A DNA stretch of 64,000 nt from Eukaryota sp. TZLM1-RC (GCA_040285825.1 JAUPSS010000004.1:1178001-1242000); one strand, 5' to 3'. Counted from the stretch's first letter, positions 25,948-39,100 are shown. The notes: a model not told the origin generated them from the letters alone. Program-made: numbers and translations.

Positions 25948-26870
25948 TTTTTTTTCTCCCTCCCTTGGTCAACCCTCTCATTTTTCACTTTCTGTGTCGG
26001 CGTCAAAGTTGTACTGTGTCTTTGCCAAAACGATGCCAGTGACCGATAGTGACTCCGATACTGATTGGAACGCCCAAGTGAAGGTTCTACCCGTCAGATC
26101 AAGCTCATCCCCTTCACTCCTCCACTCTCCCCACCCTCCAAGCTATGCTCGAAATTCTTCTCAAAAAAATTCAAAAAATGATCAGTGTGCCGCAAAAAAC
26201 ACAAAACTCTTAAAAAATGTTCCCCATTGCTCATCCTGTCATCAACTTGGTCATAAAAAAAATTCTAAAAAGTGTGAAAATTATCAAAATCCATCTACTT
26301 CTTATTCTGTAACTGCCGCTGCTGCTGAATTAAATAATTTAGAATTTAATTTACCTCCCAAACATGAGTGCACTGCAGAAGACAATGATGCAATAATGTT
26401 AGATATTCCCCGTGAAGCAAGTCAAATTGATAATTGTGCTATTTGTAATGAAAAAGCTGAAAGATATATTTTAAAAAATAATTCATATGTTTGCCATGTT
26501 TGCTCCTCGCTTGATACACTACGGCCTCCATGTAAGATTCCGAATGTTCTCAGTCCCAAGGCTTCCGTTACCTTTTCTGTTGCGTTTAGAACATTCAGTC
26601 TTGCTTTGAAAAAAGGAGAATGGGATGTTTTTTCTATTTGGAAATTCTTCCTTGAACAAAAATCAGGATCTCGTCCCCAAAAAGTTTTCACTCCAAAGAA
26701 ACAACCTAAGAATAAGACTGTGCGAAAACTTTTATTACGTGGGAGATATGGTTCAGGGAAAAGCGCTCTTTTCTCTTCTGAACTTGCGCCTGCTACTGAT
26801 AAAACTGTGAATCAATTGGTCGATCTACATCCAGCTGAATTTCTCAACTTTGAAAATCCATCTGTTTCAC
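25948..26870 (+). mobile_element. 5' end of CRE subfamily B (5' UTR, ORF start MPVTDSDSD, knuckle, C4 finger)
   Basis: T8-CTCCCTCC start; CSSCHQLGHKKNSKKC; CAIC…CHVC; RPPCKIP; RGRYG. Confidence 0.88.
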
Positions 26871-27449
26871 AGTCCAAAGTTAAAGATACTCCCTTTTCTC
26901 CTATGGTTTGTACACCTGTCGTTTCCTCCACTCCTTCTACAGAAGTTTCTGAGGAAGACCCACAACCATCTTCTTCTTCGGAAGTTGCTGGAGGACTCAA
27001 CAGTGGTGTCATAGACAAAAGTAGCTGAATCCCTTCATCTCAGAACTCCATCTTGCCTTCAATGAAATTCCTGCCAAGGCAAACGATTTTGAATGTTACA
27101 CTTGCAACAGCATACATTGTCAATGGATCGGTATGTGTAACTTCATATAAACTAACTACCGTATTTTCAATAGACCTAACTATGTTCCCAACCCCTGGTA
27201 TACAGTTGGGGAACTGATGTTGAATGCCAATGGACATTTGGCTGGCGCTGGAAGCCCTTTTCGAGTTGAATTGGGTTTTGCTAATAGTGCTGCAGACCAA
27301 GAACTTATGAACCTAGATAATGATAACTCCCTTAGACAGAGCCAAGCAGTCTTTGATGCCACTGCAATAAATTCTGTTGATTTACACAAGAATTGTTCTG
27401 CCAAGATTGCTGGGGAGATGCCAACCAGCTAATGAACGAAGAATACCAA

Positions 27450-29720
27450 AATGCAACAACTCTCCTGAAATTTCTGGGGATCTTGCCGTGTATTTTCAAA
27501 ATTTAATGTGTTTGAATAATGTTCTTCCGCCTGAATTGACTGCTGCCCGTTTAGTTGCTTTAGATAAACCTGGTAAAAGTGACAAACCTGATGGAGTTAG
27601 ACCAATTGCTATTGGAGAGTCTTTAACCAGATTGCTTTCTTCGCTTATTTTTAACAAAATTTCTACTAAAGCAACGGATTATTTGAATCCTTTTCAATTT
27701 GGTATTAAAACTATTGAAGGTGCTTCTGCTGCTTCAATGACTTCAGATGTTTTTTTCAATAGTCAGCAACATCAATATATTTTCAATTTGGATTTTAAAA
27801 ATGCTTTTAATTTAGTAAAGTTTTTCTATAACTAAAGAAGAAATTGAAGCAAGTTCAATTTTCATTTTTTCCAAAATAACTTACAACTCATTCTGAATTT
27901 GAGGCACGTTTCCTAACCAACAACCAAGGAACTTAAAAGCATCACTACTATAATTAGTAAAAGGGACAATAGAATCATTTATCACGAGATCTTGAGCAGA
28001 AGAGCCAATGAGAAGGCATTTGCTCGCATTAAGATGAAGCCCAATATTTTCATATGAATCAGCAATTTCTTGAGCAACCAATTTTAGTAAATTAAATGAA
28101 CCAATCAAGGATATATCATCCATATAAGCAACTATTTTTATAGAAGGGTATTTTTGCTTAATGATATTTGAAGGTTTGTGAATAGCTAAACAAAATAGCC
28201 CTCTCTTGTTTTGTTTTTACTGTCAAACAAGTGATTCTCTTCGTGCACCTGTTAAAATTCCTGTAGAGGTGAGTCCTGTCAGTTCTGTTTCTATGTCAAT
28301 GGAAATGCGTTCTTTTTCTTCACAATTGAAATCAAACAAATGGAACATAACAAGATTTTGGAAATTCTTTGCCAAAAAGAATAAAAAACAATTAATTACA
28401 AACCGAAAAAAAGTAAAGCCAGTTCAACGTTTCAAGCAAGAAAATTGTTCTTGAGAGGTAGATATGGAAGCGGTTTAAAAAATATTTTTTCAGGTAAGTT
28501 GGCTGATAATAATCATAAAACTGTTGAAAAACTGAAAGCGCTTCATCCAACTGAAATTTTTTGCCCAATTGAGCCGCCAATTTGTGAATATTGGCTCGAA
28601 AATCATTTTCAGGCTCATGAAGTATTCAATGCTATTGCTAAATTGCCAAAAGGAAAAGCTGCTGGTCCATCAGGCAATTCTTTTGATTTGTTAAAAACTG
28701 CTTGTAAAAATACTCCAGAAATTTCTGAGGATCTTGCCATTTATTTTCAAAATTTAATGTGTTTGAATTATGTTCCTCCACCTGAATTGACTGCTGCCCG
28801 ATTAGTTGCTTTAGTTAAACCAGGAAAAAGTAACAAACCTGGTGGAGTTAGACCAATTGCTATTGGAGAGTCTTTAACCAGGTTGCTGTCCTCTCTTATT
28901 TTCAATAGAATTTCTACTAAGCAAGGGACTATTTGAAACCTTTTCAATTTGGCATTAAAACTATTGAAGGTGCATCTGTTGCCTCGATGACTTCAGATGT
29001 TTTTTTTTCAATAGTCAACAAAATCAGTATATTTTCAATTTGGATTTTAAAAAATGCTTTTAATTCAGTAAAGCGTAACTGTATTTACGATGTTCTTCTT
29101 CAAGAATTTCCAGAACTTTCAGCTTATTTTTACTTATTTTATGGAAAAAAGTCGGACTTAATCTTTGACACCTTTACCCTTGAATCTTCTTCTGGTGTCA
29201 AACAAGGTGATCCTCTTGGTCCATTGCTATTTTGTTTGGCTATTCATAATACTATTGAAATGACCCAGAAATAGTTCCCTGAATTGCATGTTGTGGCTTA
29301 TATGGATGGAATTTCTATTATCAGTTCTTTTGAAAGCATATAATATTATGTCAATTATTGAAACTATAATCCCCTAACCAGAGATGAAATATCTAAATAA
29401 ATTAACTTGTACCCTTTGGAAAAGCACCTAGACCTTCAAAGATGACTTTTGGAACGTTAAAATCATCGATAAACCAATGTCCCGAATACATTGACGATTT
29501 GGTCTCATTTTTATAATAAAAATTTAACATTGAAGATGAAGCTTCCATCTGAAATGACAACGTTAATTGCATTAAAAAAGAACGAATCGAATATAGAACC
29601 AATAGCAATAGGTGAACCAATATCTCGTATTGTTGCGTCATCTGTGTTCAGTAGGATTATTAAAAAAGCTGAAGTTTTTTGAATCATTTTCAATTTGAAA
29701 TTAAAACAGTTGATGCAAAA
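27450..29720. mobile_element. Cluster of CRE RT fragments in both orientations
   Basis: RPIAIGE three times; QGDPLGP; YMDD on the minus strand at about 28115-28126; GKAAGPSG. Confidence 0.88.
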
Positions 29721-30060
29721 AATTGGAGTGACGATGAGTCATTAGCTATGGCTGAGACCGCATTTCGGCACACAAATATCCAGCCACTTGTGAGAGAGCC
29801 AAGTGTGATCATTTAGCAAAACATTGGCCTATTATAAAAAAATCAATTGGTTCATGGTCAATAATCAAACATTTGACAATTTTTAATGAGAGACCAATAT
29901 TTTCATGATGCTGTTGAATAAAAGTTTTTAAAGTTAATAAAAGTTATTCTATTTTGCCAAAATAATAAAAAAATTTCTCCATCCCATATAAAATTTTCTG
30001 AAAAAAATTGCAAACGTCGTAAAGACACAATATCTCCACTTGCCCCGTCATTCAGAAAGA

Positions 30061-33000
30061 GCAACTTAATGCTCGTGCAGCTGCTGCTGATTAAAATTTT
30101 TCATTATCACAAAATCCCGAAAACGAATTTTTAAATGAGATTCCCGATAACATATCTGACAAAGGTGATCAAAAAGATGACAATAGATGTGTTTTTTGTC
30201 ATAAACCTGTTGCTGTTAACGATTCTGGTCGCCCTTTACTTTTCTGTGATTCATGTGTTGCTGCCGATCAGTTACATTGACCCATTAGAGTTCCTGCTCA
30301 GCTGACTCTGTTGGCTTCAATACCTTTTGCTGTTGTTCTTCGTGCCATTACTGAAAATCTGCGTAAAGGATTTTGGGATGTCACACCGATTTGGAAATTA
30401 ATTCTCAAAAAAAAGATGAAAAAACTTTTATCAAAAAATTAAATTTTAAAAAGAATGATTTTTCAAAAGAAAAGTTGGTAAGAAAACTGGCTTCAAAAGG
30501 ACGTTTTAATTCTGCAAAGCAATGTTTATTTTCTTCTGATTAAGCTGATTGCAATGAAAATACATTGTTTAATTAAATAATGTTCATCCAGAAAAATTTT
30601 CATTGCCCCAAACCAGATTCAGTTGATTATTGGCTGCAAAATCCTGTCAATGCTTCAGAGGTCTCAAAAACATTCAACATATGCCAGCTGAAAAAGCTCC
30701 AGGACCATCTTTGTTAAATTTTGATATGATCAAGTCAGCTGTTGGATGTCCCCAAATTGTTGATGATATTGTCCTTTTTTTGAAGTCTTTAAAAGTAAAA
30801 CCTGGAAATGGTAAGAAGCCAGATGGAATTCGTCCAATTGCCATTGGTGAAGCAATTACTCATCTCTTTGCATCAATTGTTCTCAATTGTGTTGCTTGAA
30901 ATGCTGCAAGCTTTCAGTGCCTTCCCAAGTTGAAATAGAAACAATTGATGATGCTTGTGTTGCTGTCCTTGCCTCTGACACTTTTTCAATTCAGGAAATA
31001 ATAATTATATTTTCAATCTTGACTTAAAAAATGCTTTTAATTCCGTGAAACGAAAAGCAATATTTGGTGTAATTAAAACTGATTTTCCTGAGCTCTCAAG
31101 TTTTCTCTACCAATTTTACGGTGAAGAATCAGATTTAATATTTAATTCTTTTGCTTTAAAAACGTCTTCTGGTGTAAGGTGATCCTTTTAGGTCCATTTT
31201 TGTTTTGTTTAGCAGTTCACATAACTTTTATTTTGCATCAATTGTAAAGCTGTTGATGCTATTTGTCCACCAATTCGGTTTCGAAACTTGGAGAACAGTA
31301 CACTTCAAGACATTACAGAAAGAAGTTTGTATTCTTTGAAATTTGTGATGAAAAAATCCAGAGTCATCCTTTGAAAAAAGTTGAAAGCAAGGATTTTACT
31401 GTTCGATTTAGCATGGCTTAATAAGAAAATTCTGCTTTTGCAAATTTTTTGATTGATTTGAAGGGGAGTTCATCTGCCCTGAATCAAATTCTTTGAATCA
31501 AATTCCCCAAATTTATGGCCTATTTTTAAATGACGACCAATGGACTACTGCAATGAGCCGATCAGGTGTCTATAATAAATTCTGCTTACCACTGCACTGA
31601 ACTCCATGGTAAATAGTTGGATTTACAAGAGAACAAATTTTGAAAAATAAAGAAAGACAAAGGGTAAATGAATTAATTTTAATTGAGGCAAAAAACAAAC
31701 CCTCGAATTAATTCATTAATAAAGTTGTTGTAAGTATTAAACCTACAAAGATCCAAAAACTTGTTGACTATACAGACACACATAATCAGATCTTTCTTGA
31801 CCGTAATCAACGTCAAACAGTTTAAAACTGAATGATTTATGATTACTCAGTCATTCATGTATTTGCTAATAGAAACTCTAAATAAAGAGAATTACTCCCA
31901 ATATTTGGTAGAGACTCTAATTAATAAAATAAAATCCACATTTGTTGAGGTTCAATTCCCAGAGACAAACTTCAATTCTAGGTTAAATTGAAAGCGATAT
32001 AATAAATTATTCCAAACGTGAATGAAAATGAAAAAAAATCGTGTAAAAATAGAGAATAAACACGTGTCATAAATTCAAACACAAATAAAGGCGAATAGAA
32101 GAACAAATATATACAAAAACATTCAGCAAAAAGTGTGGTAAATAGTGGAAAATTACAGAAAAGGAATGCCAAAAACGAGAGAAAAAGGAAAACTTCAATT
32201 AAAATAATAATCACATTAAAAGGAAAGTTTTCTTCACCAATGGTTCCACAAATAGAACCAAGACTATTAATAATGAACACTAACCATTCAGGTTGATGAG
32301 AGTACACATCTTTAATTATAGTAGTCTTGGTTAATTCAAAGTGACCACTAGTAGCAGTTGAATCATGAAGAACAGTTTCAATAAACTGGGTAGTAGTAAT
32401 TGACAACTAACAACAACTGCATCATCAAAATCAACAATGGATTTAGCAAGAGTAATAAAAGGTTGGCCATTAGCACATCCACTAATAACTTTACCATCAG
32501 CATCAACTGGACCTAAAGTTTTGACATGGGTGTACGGGTTCGAGTCCCGCAGGTTCCAAAAAATTCCGATCGATCGGATGGGTGTGTGGTTGGTTTGATT
32601 GATAAAGAAGATTAATTGAAGAGAGAAGGCAATGGCTACTGATGCAGAGAGGGGAGAAGGAGGAGAGAGTAGAACGTTGAAATCGGCGGTTAACGTAATG
32701 TACTCCACGCATTACCATCAGCTAATTTAATTGATACAGGAGAATTGAGTTTGAAATTGGAAGGGAAGGAAGTGTGCTTTATGACAGAGATAAGGTGAGA
32801 AGAAGCAACCAAGGAGAAGACAGATCACCAAGAGGGAAGGAACCAGTGAGACATTGGGGTAAGAGACTTAAACTCTGGTAGAGAATGGAGAAAGTCGTCT
32901 CGGGAGGACAGGATACCACGTAAAAGGCCACTTTCTAGGAGGATGTTTTGTGGTCTGCAAAGGTAAAAGTCCAATGATAAATATTATCAACATCTATCCT

Positions 33001-33536
33001 TGTGTATGAATCATCTATGCAACTTTACTGGTGTTGGAAAACTGTTCAGTGCTGCCTTTTTCACAAAATTTCTCGTTTTTAGATTACAGTCTCAAATAAC
33101 TAACAACACTGAGATTGATTTATGCAGAAATATTTGTGATATGGTCTTTGTGTGGTTATGGAGACCTAGGGTTAGATCACTTGTTTCAATGTAGAAAGTC
33201 CTTAAGAATGGTTACACAAGGACACGATGAAGTAAATAATTTTACTATGCATTATATAATTTGGAATGCGCGAAGGAACTTAAATTTGATTTAAATAACC
33301 AGTTATGTGTTGATGTCTTTCAAACATCAGCAACATCACTTTCAATGTAGGAAAGTCACCAAATCTCTTATTGTTTTTTCTTGAACCAATTTCTGGAAAT
33401 CTTTGAGCATAAATCCAGCTTCTACAGAATTTTTCGTTTTCAGAAAACGAAAACATAGGAAAAACAACGTGTGTTGGAACTTTAGGCTTAAATCGAATAA
33501 ATCAACTTTAGCTCATGTACTTTATGTCATGAATTT
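30061..33536 (+). repeat. Segmental duplication copy 2 of 15417-19232
   Basis: Direct sequence comparison; shares the same junctions and inactivating mutations. Confidence 0.95.
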
Positions 33537-33544
33537 TATTTGAA

Positions 33545-33970
33545 TTCTGCGACTTAAGGCTACATCAATTATTGGCCATATTGCCAAAAATCTACCGTAT
33601 ATAACGTTGGTTTTACCAGTATTACATTCAGCAACTAGCAGCAAATTGTCACACATTTTTCTGAAAAATATATCTGGGTCTTATTCTTCTCACAACAACA
33701 ACAACATAATAGTAATGACGACGAGCAAACGGACTCGGTTCCCATTTTCTCCTTCAAATCAAAAACTGTACAAAGTGCGGACAAAGTCTCTCTTTCTTCC
33801 ACAATAGACGTCATAATGACAGGCGCTAACACGGATTCCACCTCTCCTTCTGATCCAGATTTGGTGAAAATCAGCAACGAGAACGGAGCAAGTTAACTCT
33901 CCCCATAAAGAAAGTAGAACCTTTAAAGTTAGAGAAGACCACAATCACAAATCCAGCACTCTCTCGCATC
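33545..33970 (+). mobile_element. Diverged LTR 3' end + 5' internal region, homolog of 6050-6500
   Basis: gacttaaggctaca|tcaattattggcc vs gactttaggcaaca|ataattattggcc; cacatttttctgaaaaa, gacgagcaaacggac and gcaacgagaacgga blocks shared. Confidence 0.7.
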
Positions 33971-34159
33971 CCTAATATTGAACCCAGTGGGGAAACATAT
34001 ATGATTCAAATAATTGGGCAGACATTCGTGGTGGTATACAATTACGTTCAAAACAAGACTGTCAATACAGTATTAAGCAACATGTGGTGTGAATACGTAA
34101 CTGTTGAAATTTTAATGCAGTTTCTCTTAATTTGAGTATCCCATTTGAATGTTTAACCA

Positions 34160-35160
34160 TTTAGTTGCCGGTTGCTCGAATGGTTTTATAAGAAGTTATT
34201 CCACTTAAACTAAACAAACTAAAATTAATTCTCGAGTTAGAAAAAGGTAAAAACCATTGAGTTTTATGTTCTTCAACACCTTCTTCATCATCCATCACTT
34301 GACTTTCAGCTGCTTCACGATAATAAACGGCTTGCATATTAAGTTGTAATGATAAAATAAATTTGTCTTTCTGAAACAGCACGATAAGTTTTAGACAAGG
34401 GATACAATCATGAAGCCCATATTACATGGAATTTTGTATCAGAGGAGAAGTAGCTAAACAATCAAATGGCAAAATATGAGAAAATTCCTGATGAAGTTTG
34501 ATTTTCTTTTCATTGATCATTTTATATGCCAGATTGCCTAATCCATGTCCGTAGAGTAATTGAATAAATTTTTTGGCAAAAACCAAAGTATCTAAAAGAA
34601 AAAGCCATTTTCCCTGATGACAACTTCCCTCCATCTTGGTGAAAGTTGATTGAGTACATCAATTGTGTATCATCTGGAAGAGTGGGAAAAGGTAAATCAA
34701 AATAATTTAATCTATTTTTCAAAACCTGTAAATCAAACTGCATTCAATTGTGACTAAGAAAACAATAAGGTTGATGATGACCAATAATGTTCAAGAACCT
34801 ACGAAGCAAGGTGTTTTCGTCAGAGAATATTTCTGCCTGAACATCCATATCAAAGTCTGGTGATCTTACTTGAAAACTCATTCTCAATATAAGTGAATAT
34901 TTACTCTCCAAAAAGAAATTATGGCGATCAAACTTACCAACAACAATCGAAATTAAAAACACTTTTTGATCTGAATTCCACTTACCCAGCTTACAATTAA
35001 ATCTGAATATTTATTCCAATCTTTTTTTGTTAGAAATCATTGTTCACCTTACCATCATACTCTCAATTGTCCTGTAAATGTCCTTTTTGCAAACAAAATT
35101 ATTATAACATGATTGAATTGACAGCAATTGATTTTATAAATGTGAAATTATTTTAAAATT
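34160..35160 (-). pseudogene. Decayed DDE transposase, possibly CACTA/Mirage/Chapaev/Transib (CMC) group
   Basis: SINFHQDGGKL (D1-like), then FDCLA….NSM*YG.HDCIPC (D2 + CxxC-like); many stops. Confidence 0.4.
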
Positions 35161-35434
35161 TGTCTTCAGTCATGATGCAAATGAAACTTTGGTTCAAAGA
35201 AGGATCAACAATTCTCTAGATGCTTTTGAACACAAAACGAGATACAAAAATCGAAATTTCACAAAGATATCAAAAAAGTTATTGCTGATACAAATAGACA
35301 AGTGCATCCTTAAACCAGAAAATTTGAATGAAGTGCATTGCATGAAGTGAATGAAAAAAGTTGATCAATTTTGCCGTTATTGCACTTAAGCTTGAAGGCA
35401 CCTACATCACTTTTTTTTCAAAAATAGCACCTGG
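35161..35434 (+). pseudogene. Putative Fanzor1 N-terminal fragment (part 1)
   Basis: One frame reads SKKLLLIQIDKCILKPENLNEVH…MKKVDQFCRYCT*A*RHLHHFFF, resembling Fanzor1 N-termini; cut by the TIR element at 35435. Confidence 0.5.
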
Positions 35435-36017
35435 TGGAGATGAGCAAAAAACTAAACTTCGGAATAAACTACGAACTAGACTCAAAACTAGTCTAGTCCG
35501 TAGTTCATTCATTCATTGTTTTTCTAGTCTCTGATCTGGTCCGTAGTTGGTTCAAGTGGACCTAGTCTAGTTCGTAGTTCGTCCGTTTATACTTATATAG
35601 AATCAGTACGTCAATAAATCTTCTGTTTATATAACTATTCATGAATACATTCAGAACTGTTGCATTCTCATAATGTTTTACAGCTTCAACCTAATGATTA
35701 CTCCTCCTTTCAAAAAATTTAATGTTGATGAACCTAAAGATGATCTGCTCCCTCTGTCTCCACGTCAGCTTGGATTGTTCATCAACTCTTCTCCAAAGAT
35801 GAAATTCAAAACCGCTTTTGTATCCTTCTTCCTTCCACATCAAACTCAATTAGTATCAGTATATTAGTTTTCTGCAGAACATGATTAATGTATGTATGTT
35901 ATTCAGCTTTGGTGGGGTTTGTTAATCACAAAATAAAGTTCTTTTCTTATGTTGAATATGTAAAATTTGTGGTTTAGACTCTGTTTTTTTCTCAGTCTCC
36001 TATCAAAGAGGGAGGGT

Positions 36018-36167
36018 TGTTGTTGATTGTAAAGTCTACAAACATATTATATATATGTATACATGGTTCATCTTTCATATTTCTCCACCTTGTAGGTATC
36101 TCACTAGTGAGTACCTTTATATAGAATGACATTTAATAAAATTAACTTTATCTTAACTCTCTTTACA
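36018..36167 (+). repeat. Putative short LTR (140-150 bp) preceded by a polypurine tract
   Basis: PPT AAAGAGGGAGGG 36005-36016; TG start (TGTTG 36018 or TGTAAAG 36028) and CTTTACA end; TATA-like and AATAAA (36135-36140) signals; gag ATG 13 nt downstream. Confidence 0.65.
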
Positions 36168-36180
36168 TCCAGCTAGCATA

Positions 36181-39100
36181 ATGCCCAACGGCAACAATAA
36201 TTATTGTGCGTATCAGGCACCATTAACAGCAAACAGCAACAGCGCTGTAGACACCCAAAAGATGTCTGGGGTATGTCAGACATCTGTCAGAGGAGACCCT
36301 TCTAACCCTCCTCTCAACAACTCATCTTCTTCGAGTTCAATGGCAACTCCAGAAAAGGATTCGAGTTCGGGCGAAAAAGGCCTCACTCCTCCTCAGGTTA
36401 CGGGTACGGGTGTAATCCACCCCACTCCCCCCCAACAAATAGATTCGAGGCTAGATACCTCCACTGCTTCAGGTTCGGGTTTAAGCCCCACCAAGAATCA
36501 AATTTCGGCGCAAAACGTCCAATTAAATCAGCGAGGTAAAGTTACGGCGCAAGGCGCCCAATATGTCCACTCGTCGGCGAATACCGCCCTCGCGACGACA
36601 CCAAAGGTCAATTTCGACCTACCTCCAGCTCCCTCCCAAGAGATACAAGAGTTACTCTTGGCACTCACTATGAGTAAGGAAGAAATGGAAAAGAAGGAAC
36701 CAACGGACTTCAAAGAGTCCCTGGACGAATCAATGTACCCGCAGTGTGAAAACACTGTCGTCGTACAAACTCTCAATGAGACGACTTCGGGAGCTCAGGA
36801 AATCCCCATACAACCCTCAGTGTTGAAAGAGGCAATTGAGCTTTTAGACAAAGACAGCCATGAGTTGAGCACACGGCCCGCAGAGCGAAGAATGAGACTC
36901 TCGCCTCTCGACACAGAATACAAAAATATAATGGCAAAACCTCGCACAGAACGTGACGATTTTTTGGGGAATAACGCCACCCTCGATAACAAAGGATTCA
37001 GAATTCGGTGGTTAGAGGTAATGGAAGTTGGTACCGACTTCTCTGGGAAACTAGATAGTCCCGAGAACGTCCGCCTCCTACCTGACTGGTTCAGAGTTGG
37101 TATAGACAAAATTTACGAAGAGCTTAGCGCCCCCGGAGAGGACTATACGGTAGTTAGAGAGGTTCATGAATACTACCCAGTCTCACATAGACCAAATTAC
37201 GTTGAAATGAGACCAGCCTCACAACCTTTCAGGCTCATATATGAAGAATTAGGGGTCACTTATAGACGAGATGATATAAACATGACGACAGCAGTCATTT
37301 CCACATACAGGTCTCCTCCTAATAACAGGAACCTCCAAACAGGCGATTCATGGGTACAGAACAAGGTTTTCACCTTCACCCCCATCATTGGTTTAGAGAA
37401 TACACCCTTCAAGAGCATCAGGCCTTTCCGGCCCTCAATTCAACTAAATTTCCAAGATGAATCGAAATCAGTTCAGGAGCTGCATGTAGACACCTTACCC
37501 CAACCAAACACAGGACCAATAGGGTTAGACGTCCTCACAATCCAACCTGGTGATTCATCACAACCGATGGAAGGAGTTCCACAATCCTCGGTTGACACCA
37601 CACACACAACGGGACAAGGTCTTAGTTTACAAGATCTACAGGCAACTGGATCTCAACAACAACACAGTCAAAACCCACTCGATCCACGCCTCATATTAAA
37701 TCAAAACTTACAGTCCCATGTTGGTTATCATTACAGAACTAAGGCCATAGAACATGCAACCATACACGAGCCCCCTAGACTCGAATTCCCTGAAACTCAG
37801 ATGAAAATAGTACATTTCCTCATGGAATTTGCCCTCTGGGACACAACTGGTAGAGACGGAGCTCAAAACGTCGATCAAATACAGATCCCACAATCCAGCA
37901 CCCCTCAACAACAAGAACAAATAACGAAGATGATAAACAGTTTAGCTCAGTTGATCTCAGTACAGAGTGGAGACTCAACTCACATTCAGCAACAAATAGA
38001 CGATTTACAGTCCAAATTGAATAATATGGAAACACCAAAACTATACAGAATAGATCAAAGCTTCATAAAAAAGATAGGGGTACCTGTTCACTCTTATGAT
38101 CTTTTTAGATCAGTCTTATCAACAGTGAATCCCCAGGGGAATCTCAGGTTGCATCCATGCCAGAATTATATCTTTCTGGAAACAACAACAACTCGTGAGC
38201 ATGGAACCTACAGATGCCGAAATATTATTACTACTGTGTAGGAGAAGCCAGTTCACATCATTACATTATGCAAAATTAGCTCTTTTTAAACCTAAATTCA
38301 ACTGGCAAAAGGTAAGTACATCCGCCGACGCAGAAAGAGAATACGCGATTTATATGAAAAATTTTGGAGACATTTTAAGGATGTGCACATACATATCCGA
38401 CCCATCGGCCAGAATTGAAGAACTCGAATTTTCAAGAGGGGTATTTACACTCCCAATGTCGACCGTAGCTAACGCCTTCTTAACAGGTCTGGACAACTTG
38501 GCATTAACGAGCAATTTATTCGAGATTTACGGTAAACAATCTTTTTGGAACGACAAACTAGTCTCGTTCAACGATTTAACCAAAGTGGCCAGAGAGAAAC
38601 TTTTGTCTTGGATGCAAGCCGCACCGAACAAGGAAACCATCCAACTACTGAGAAAAGAGGGGAACAAACCTAAATTAGAAACAGGAGAATTTCATTCGTC
38701 AGAAAGGAAAAGGAGAACCGACCCTGAAGACCAACAATTCCCTCAATTGAAAAAAGGTAAACACACCAGAGGGGGACAGAAATTTTGTACCTTTTGTCAA
38801 ATCCCAGGTCATATTATAACAGAATGTAGGGACCCAACCTGTAGTCGCTCATTGGTCCCTATGAATCAAAGAAAAGGCGCCGGCTATGGTAGAGGCCGTG
38901 GAAACTTTAGTAGAGGCAGTAGAGGCAATTTTAGAGGCCGAAGTAGAGGCCGTGGTAATTTGTATAGAGGAACTAGGGGCCGAGGTGGCCGTGGTAATAG
39001 AGGTAATACATATCGTGGATATAACGTCCTTAATAACACGTTTAATAACAAAAACAAATCATCGCATGTTACAGCTCCCGAATTGAATCAGATTTGTTCT

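Noticed and set aside
31978-32520. Viral capsid-like ORF next to the tRNA fragment
   Set aside because: No recognisable viral motif; the hydrophobic C-terminal stretch fits a decayed host membrane-protein fragment better.
33593-33610. TA|CCGTATAT as the left TIR of the Fanzor element (matches the right end 12/16)
   Set aside because: It lies inside a segment colinear with the LTR-internal repeat at 6050-6500, where the equivalent position reads CAAAGTATAC; a chance 10-mer is plausible in 64 kb of AT-rich DNA.
35466-35589. CRISPR-like array from the TAGTCCGTAGTTC repeats
   Set aside because: Short, degenerate, irregularly spaced, of mixed orientation and mirrored at the other end of a TIR element, so these are subterminal repeats.
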